Assembly (NCBI GenBank): GCA_047495785.1
Contig: JBLDXI010000143.1
Location: 1 to 22,671, forward strand
Length of the DNA: 22,671 nt
Origin: Lepidodermella squamata
Lineage: Eukaryota; Animalia; Gastrotricha
Direction of reading: 5' to 3'
Shown in pieces: positions 21,601 through 22,671 of this stretch. Both the position numbers and the translations under genes were made by a program. Positions within the stretch are counted from its first letter, which is position 1. Each line of letters opens with the position of its first letter. Under the pieces are notes generated by a model, which saw nothing but the letters and a program-made list of their open reading frames with translations, was not told the DNA's origin and made no database searches.

Positions 21601-22566
21601 ATTTTTATAACAAATTTTCGATTAATTTTTACTCACGTCTTTAGGTTTTCGAGCGCAAAAGCAGCAAAAGCACTTGTTGAAAGATCTCAACCAGGTCGAA
21701 GAATAGTGTTGCTCAGCAAGTTGAAGCGGGGTGTGTTTCCTATGCCGAGGCTTATGTCCGCCGCCGTACTCCGAAGCGGTCGAATTTCGCCGGCTTAACG
21801 CTTGAACTTCATGGGCTGATTCCGGCGCGAGGGCTTCGTTTTCCTGATCCTGTAAGGCGGTGGCTTCTAGATGCAATTTCAGCCACAGATGGCCGGTTCG
21901 ATCGTGAGCCAGCAGGAGGAGAACGAGTAAGGATACACAACAGCCGCCCTCGCTAATGAGATTTACTGTGAAAAAATCAATCAATTTTGTAAATATTGGC
22001 CAATAATTTGAAATTGCATATTTGCATATTGAAAAATGATCTACTTTAATTATTGATTAAACTCACTGATTATTACAGCTCGGTATATATCACTTTTGCA
22101 GTGTTCGAAGCAAAAGCGAGCCCAAATTATAGCTAGAATGACCCAGAACAACTCGAGGACACCTATACCATACCGCGCGATGATCAAATTATTAATCGGG
22201 TCGCGCGGGCTCGAATTGACAATTGTGCCCTTCGAGCTGATAATAATGAGGGCCAACTCGAAGGCGGAACACAGCACCAAAATGCCGAGTTGCACGAGAA
22301 TTAACGGCGTCAGGCACAGCGCTGATATGTCGATGAGGGCAAATGCCGACCCGGCGGCTTCGTTCGGTATTCGATCGTCGAAAATTTGCAGAATCAAAAT
22401 CGCAACAACAGAAATCAAACTGCAAGAATAAATCGAGTTTTTTCAGAGCATTTTTTTCCGTCTCAAATTACCAAGCAACATGAGTGATGAGGAAAAATGA
22501 CGCAGGAATCACGACATCATCGCTCGACAACAACCACCGCCGTCCGCATAATTTCAGAAAAGGCAT
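15612..22566 (-). CDS. DAGLA: Diacylglycerol lipase alpha-like, paralogue A (complete, 11 exons, ~739 aa)
   Basis: Manually spliced exons (minus): 22566-22472, 22419-22067, 21965-21637, 21497-21181, 20983-20698, 17956-17873, 17820-17740, 17681-17533, 17477-17409, 16961-16889, 15995-15612. All introns are GT-AG with consistent phases; total 2220 nt. The N-terminus MPFLKLCGRRWLLSSDDVVIPA matches the DAGL start (human MPGIVVFRRRWSVGSDDLVLPA, from memory) and is followed by four hydrophobic segments. Lipase_3 motifs: VVISIRGTMS, WKGHRG, GHSLGAG (catalytic Ser, 17639-17625), SPPGGLLS, LGKDVIPR (Asp), LYLPGK, MLSDH (His). The exon 5 acceptor (20983) is the least certain boundary. Confidence 0.9.
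18085..18135. mobile_element. Mirror copy of the 51-bp TIR element
   Basis: Reverse complement of 2781-2831; TSD reads ggaaaaat on this strand. Confidence 0.72.
18364..19270 (+). mobile_element. Decayed Mutator-like (MULE) transposase remnant, C-terminal catalytic Glu and SWIM region, antisense in gene A intron 5
   Basis: Reading through a stop gives KPFIYYSRRV*LNNANQNFWYEGFARSFPSTNNANESGNRDIKRTWKARRKL (PSTNNANES at 18740-18766). This fits the animal MULE pattern F..YF...WL...WYEG...PSTNN..ES.N..IK. Downstream STFD...LTCCRIIKRNVRLYVL resembles a mutated SWIM finger (cgc-ttg-tat in place of tgc-ttg-cat, CxH). Several stops and frameshifts; no element ends found. Confidence 0.75.
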
Positions 22567-22671
22567 TCAGATGTTAAATTTAAACAGCCTTTTCTAGGTA
22601 AATTAAAACAAAAAAGGTTGTTAGTTTTCTCTGATTTCATCCATTTTTTATTCTCAGTCATCAATAATTTT

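Noticed and set aside
1-22671. Prokaryotic, viral, CRISPR, tRNA or rRNA features
   Set aside because: None seen; the spliced gene structure shows a eukaryotic nuclear locus.

Overview
This is eukaryotic, probably invertebrate animal DNA: AT-rich GT-AG introns, many 52-58 nt. Most of the window is one giant inverted repeat. Positions 1-10224 are the reverse complement of 10698-20915, around a unique 473-bp spacer (10225-10697). The non-redundant content, read on the minus strand from 22566 to 10878, is a head-to-tail pair of divergent diacylglycerol lipase (DAGL-alpha-like) paralogues. Gene A has 11 exons (~739 aa). Gene B has 5 exons (~809 aa), with its whole catalytic region in one 1.84-kb exon. 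The left-arm copy of gene B differs from the right-arm copy by seven small differences clustered near the fold-back point, five of them frameshifting. This pattern most resembles a fold-back chimeric read or assembly artefact, although a very recent real inverted duplication is not excluded. The largest intron of each gene holds a decayed antisense Mutator-like (MULE) transposase remnant. Gene A intron 5 also holds a 51-bp element with terminal inverted repeats (TIRs) and a perfect 8-bp target-site duplication (TSD). Most short ORFs in the track are shadows or intronic noise. I found no convincing novel multi-gene system. The best leads are the polarised 3' intron loss in gene B, the palindrome itself and the tiny TIR element.
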